Part shown: in pieces, positions 47,460 through 49,585 of the stretch
Layout of the letters: each line of letters begins with the position of its first letter
Position numbering within the stretch: position 1 is the first letter of the stretch
Source of the DNA: Betaproteobacteria bacterium
GTDB taxonomy: Bacteria; Pseudomonadota; Gammaproteobacteria; Burkholderiales; SG8-39
DNA: 49,585 nt
Assembly: GCA_012274205.1 (NCBI GenBank)
Contig: JAAOZY010000044.1
Span: forward strand, 1-49,585
Direction: 5' to 3'
Position numbers and translations under genes: made by a program
Notes under the pieces: model-generated
Told to the model about the DNA's origin: nothing
What the model saw: only the letters and a program-made list of their open reading frames with translations
Database searches by the model: none

Positions 47460-48004
47460 AACGGGTCGCTCTATTGCTTGCGCTGCTGCTCGCCGGCGCG
47501 GCCGGGGCGCAAGTGCCGCCGCAATTCCCGGCGCAGGGAACGGTGCAGGTGGCATTCACGCCCTGGGACAAGGCCGAGGCGCTGATCGTGGACAGCCTGC
47601 GCCGGGCCAGGCGGCAGATTCTGGTGCAGGCGTTCAGCTTCACCAGCCGCCCCCTGGCGAACGCGCTGATCGCCGCCAAACGGCGCGGAGTAGAGGTGCA
47701 GGTGCTGGCCGACCGGGAGCAGACCTTCGGCGGCGAGGCGAGCCGCATACCAGATCTGGCCCGGGCCGGCATCCCGGTGATGCTGGAGGTGCGCTACCAA
47801 AGCGCGCACAATAAGATCATGGTGATCGACGACAGCACTGCCGATGCTACGGTGATCACGGGGAGCTACAATTGGACCTACGCCGCGCAGTACAAGAATG
47901 CTGAAAACGTGCTGATCCTGCGGCAAAATCCCGATGTCGCGCATGCCTACGCCGCCAACTGGCGGCGGCACCGCGCCGACGCCTTGCCCTACGCCGAACA
48001 ATGA
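47456..48004 (+). CDS. Secreted single-HKD phospholipase-D-family protein (Nuc-like endonuclease)
   Basis: ATGA overlap with the upstream stop. Signal peptide LLLAGAAGAQ. HKD motif HNKIMVIDD...VITGSYNWT...NAENVLIL. Confidence 0.85.
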   Translation: MKRVALLLALLLAGAAGAQVPPQFPAQGTVQVAFTPWDKAEALIVDSLRRARRQILVQAFSFTSRPLANALIAAKRRGVEVQVLADREQTFGGEASRIPDLARAGIPVMLEVRYQSAHNKIMVIDDSTADATVITGSYNWTYAAQYKNAENVLILRQNPDVAHAYAANWRRHRADALPYAEQ

Positions 48005-49281
48005 AAAAAGAGACCTACAGCAACCTGCTGCAAAACGCCTGGATCGACCTTCACGATCCGCAGGTTGCGTGGCAAATCGCCATCCTGCTTGGCTGCTTCG
48101 CCCTCGCCTGGGGCGCGGGCCGGGCGCTGCGCCTGTCGCGCGTCGAGGCCGACGGCATATGGAAATTAGGTGTTGGCGGCCTGCGGCGCATCCTGTTTCC
48201 GATCGTCGCGCTGCTCCCGCTGACGCTAAGCATCAGCCTGGCCAAGCGCTGGATCGAGGTCGACCTGTTGCGGCTGTTCGTGCCGCTGCTCATATCGCTG
48301 CTGCTGGTGCGCCTGTTCTTCTATCTGCTGCGCCACGTGTTCGCGCGCGGCAGCATCGTGCGCAGTTTCGAGCGCGCCATCGCGGTCCTGGTATGGGGCG
48401 GATTGGTGCTGCATGTTTCCGGCCTGCTGCCGGACGTGATCGACATTCTCGACGATATCAAGTTCCATCTTGGTACGCAGAAGCTCTCGCTGTGGCTGGT
48501 GCTGCAGGGCCTGTTCTGGGTGGTGATCACGCTGCTCGCGGCGATGTGGCTCTCCGGCACCATCGAGGCGCGGCTGATGCGCGCCGAATCGCTGCATTCC
48601 AGCCTGCGCGTGGTGTTCTCGCGCATCGCCAGGGCGCTGTTGGTGGTGCTTGCGGTAATTATCGTGCTGCCGCTGCTGGGCATAAACCTCACGGTCCTGT
48701 CGCTGTTCGGAGGCGCCATCGGCGTGGGCGTGGGCTTTGGCCTGCAGAAGATCGCGAGCAATTACATCAGCGGCTTCATTGTCCTGCTCGACCGTTCCAT
48801 CCGCATCGGTGACCTGATCACGGTCGACAATTTTTACGGGGAGGTGAAGAACATCACCACGCGCTATGCAGTGGTGCGCGCGCTCGACGGGCGCGAGGCC
48901 ATCATTCCGAACGAACTGCTGATCGCAACCACGGTCCTGAACCATTCCTATTCCAACCGCCAAGTCCGCCTTGCCCTGCCGATTCAGGTCGCGTATCGAA
49001 GCGACCTGGAGCAGGCGATGAAGTTGATGGTGGAGGCCGCGCGCCGGCATGCGCGCGTGCTCGCCGACCCGCCGCCGAAGGCGTTTCTGCTGCGCTTTGC
49101 CGACAGCGGCATCGACCTCGAACTCGGGGTCTGGATCGACGATCCCGAAAGCGGCGTGCTCAGCATCCGCTCCGAGCTGTTTCTCGACACCTGGCGCGCC
49201 TTTCAGGAGGCCGGCATCGAGATTCCCTACCCGCAGCGCGAAGTGCGCATCCTGCCTGGCGCGGACGCCGCCCCTGTCTGA
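48001..49281 (+). CDS. Mechanosensitive ion channel, MscS family
   Basis: ATGA overlap with the upstream stop. N-terminal TM helices, then NYISGFIVLLDRSIRIGDLITVDNFYGEVKNITTRYAVVRALDGREAIIPN (MscS beta-domain). Confidence 0.9.
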   Translation: MKKETYSNLLQNAWIDLHDPQVAWQIAILLGCFALAWGAGRALRLSRVEADGIWKLGVGGLRRILFPIVALLPLTLSISLAKRWIEVDLLRLFVPLLISLLLVRLFFYLLRHVFARGSIVRSFERAIAVLVWGGLVLHVSGLLPDVIDILDDIKFHLGTQKLSLWLVLQGLFWVVITLLAAMWLSGTIEARLMRAESLHSSLRVVFSRIARALLVVLAVIIVLPLLGINLTVLSLFGGAIGVGVGFGLQKIASNYISGFIVLLDRSIRIGDLITVDNFYGEVKNITTRYAVVRALDGREAIIPNELLIATTVLNHSYSNRQVRLALPIQVAYRSDLEQAMKLMVEAARRHARVLADPPPKAFLLRFADSGIDLELGVWIDDPESGVLSIRSELFLDTWRAFQEAGIEIPYPQREVRILPGADAAPV

Positions 49282-49326
49282 GCCGCCGCGGCGCGCATGC
49301 GCCCGCCGGGCCTGACAGTCCGCCAT

Positions 49327-49354
49327 TGCGCAATAGCCCAGATGACGTAGAATC
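49327..49354 (+). promoter_or_regulatory. Candidate sigma70 promoter for the desaturase gene
   Basis: TTGCGC (49327-49332) -N16- TAGAAT (49349-49354), about 40 nt upstream of the ATG at 49393. Confidence 0.4.
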
Positions 49355-49392
49355 CCTGCCTGTTTTCTGATATCGGCGGGGATCGAATTTCA

Positions 49393-49585
49393 ATGTTTTT
49401 TTCCGGGCTGTTGGATCTGCCTTGGTGGGGCCTGGTCATCGTGACCCTGGTCCTGACCCATATCAGCATTGCTGCTGTCACCATATTCCTGCATCGGCAC
49501 CAGGCCCACCGCGCGCTGGACCTGCATCCGCTGGCGAGCCATTTCTTCCGCCTCTGGCTGTGCCTGACCACCGGCATGGTGACCA
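49393..49585 (+). CDS. Acyl-CoA / membrane fatty-acid desaturase, N-terminal fragment (runs off the window)
   Basis: My translation is MFFSGLLDLPWWGLVIVTLVLTHISIAAVTIFLHRHQAHRALDLHPLASHFFRLWLCLTTGMVT. It contains the first His box (HRxxAHR) in a TM context. It is absent from the ORF track because it has no stop codon. Confidence 0.8.
   Translation, partial: MFFSGLLDLPWWGLVIVTLVLTHISIAAVTIFLHRHQAHRALDLHPLASHFFRLWLCLTTGMVT

Overview
This is a high-GC chromosomal window, about two-thirds G+C by eye. Gene content and synteny (purN-DUF3108-RsmB-like, phasin, MocR/DUF2917, Hsp20-Lon) suggest a betaproteobacterium; that is inference only. I support about 47 protein-coding genes. I found no rRNA, tRNA or CRISPR array by eye. 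Layout, left to right:
- Mosaic, visibly lower-GC left end: short tyrosine recombinase flanked by an exact 15-bp direct repeat, a truncated membrane-protein fragment, and a CPA2 antiporter.
- hrpA, an EI24-like membrane protein and a CinA-like protein.
- An 872-aa lipoprotein whose C-terminal half carries thaumatin (PR-5) family motifs.
- HpcH-type aldolase and small secreted proteins (protein-E-like, BON, DUF3617, DUF2917) next to a MocR regulator.
- A heat-shock block hsp20-lon-hsp20 with a sigma32-like promoter.
- Phasin with a near-consensus promoter and palindromic operator, an EamA transporter, and a PAS-GGDEF cyclase.
- A TetR-controlled operon: split B12-dependent acyl-CoA mutase, MeaB G-protein and a translationally coupled EamA transporter. 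It is followed by a lower-GC 4-hydroxybutyryl-CoA dehydratase-like gene.
- gluQ, a redox cluster (hydrolase, thioredoxin, catalase-related haem protein, DUF1499), and gnd-zwf-tal.
- LysR with pirin, DoxX and a VOC protein, then a KefB/C-type antiporter.
- A start/stop-overlapping chain: purN, DUF3108, RsmB-like, secreted PLD nuclease, MscS.
- A partial desaturase gene at the right edge.

The strongest candidate for something undescribed is the acyl-CoA mutase. By eye, its substrate-pocket positions match none of the characterised specificities I can recall, and it sits next to an AbfD-like radical dehydratase. The bacterial thaumatin-domain lipoprotein is second. All alignments are by eye, and family motifs and residue numbers are recalled from memory. 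No database search or folding calculation was possible.
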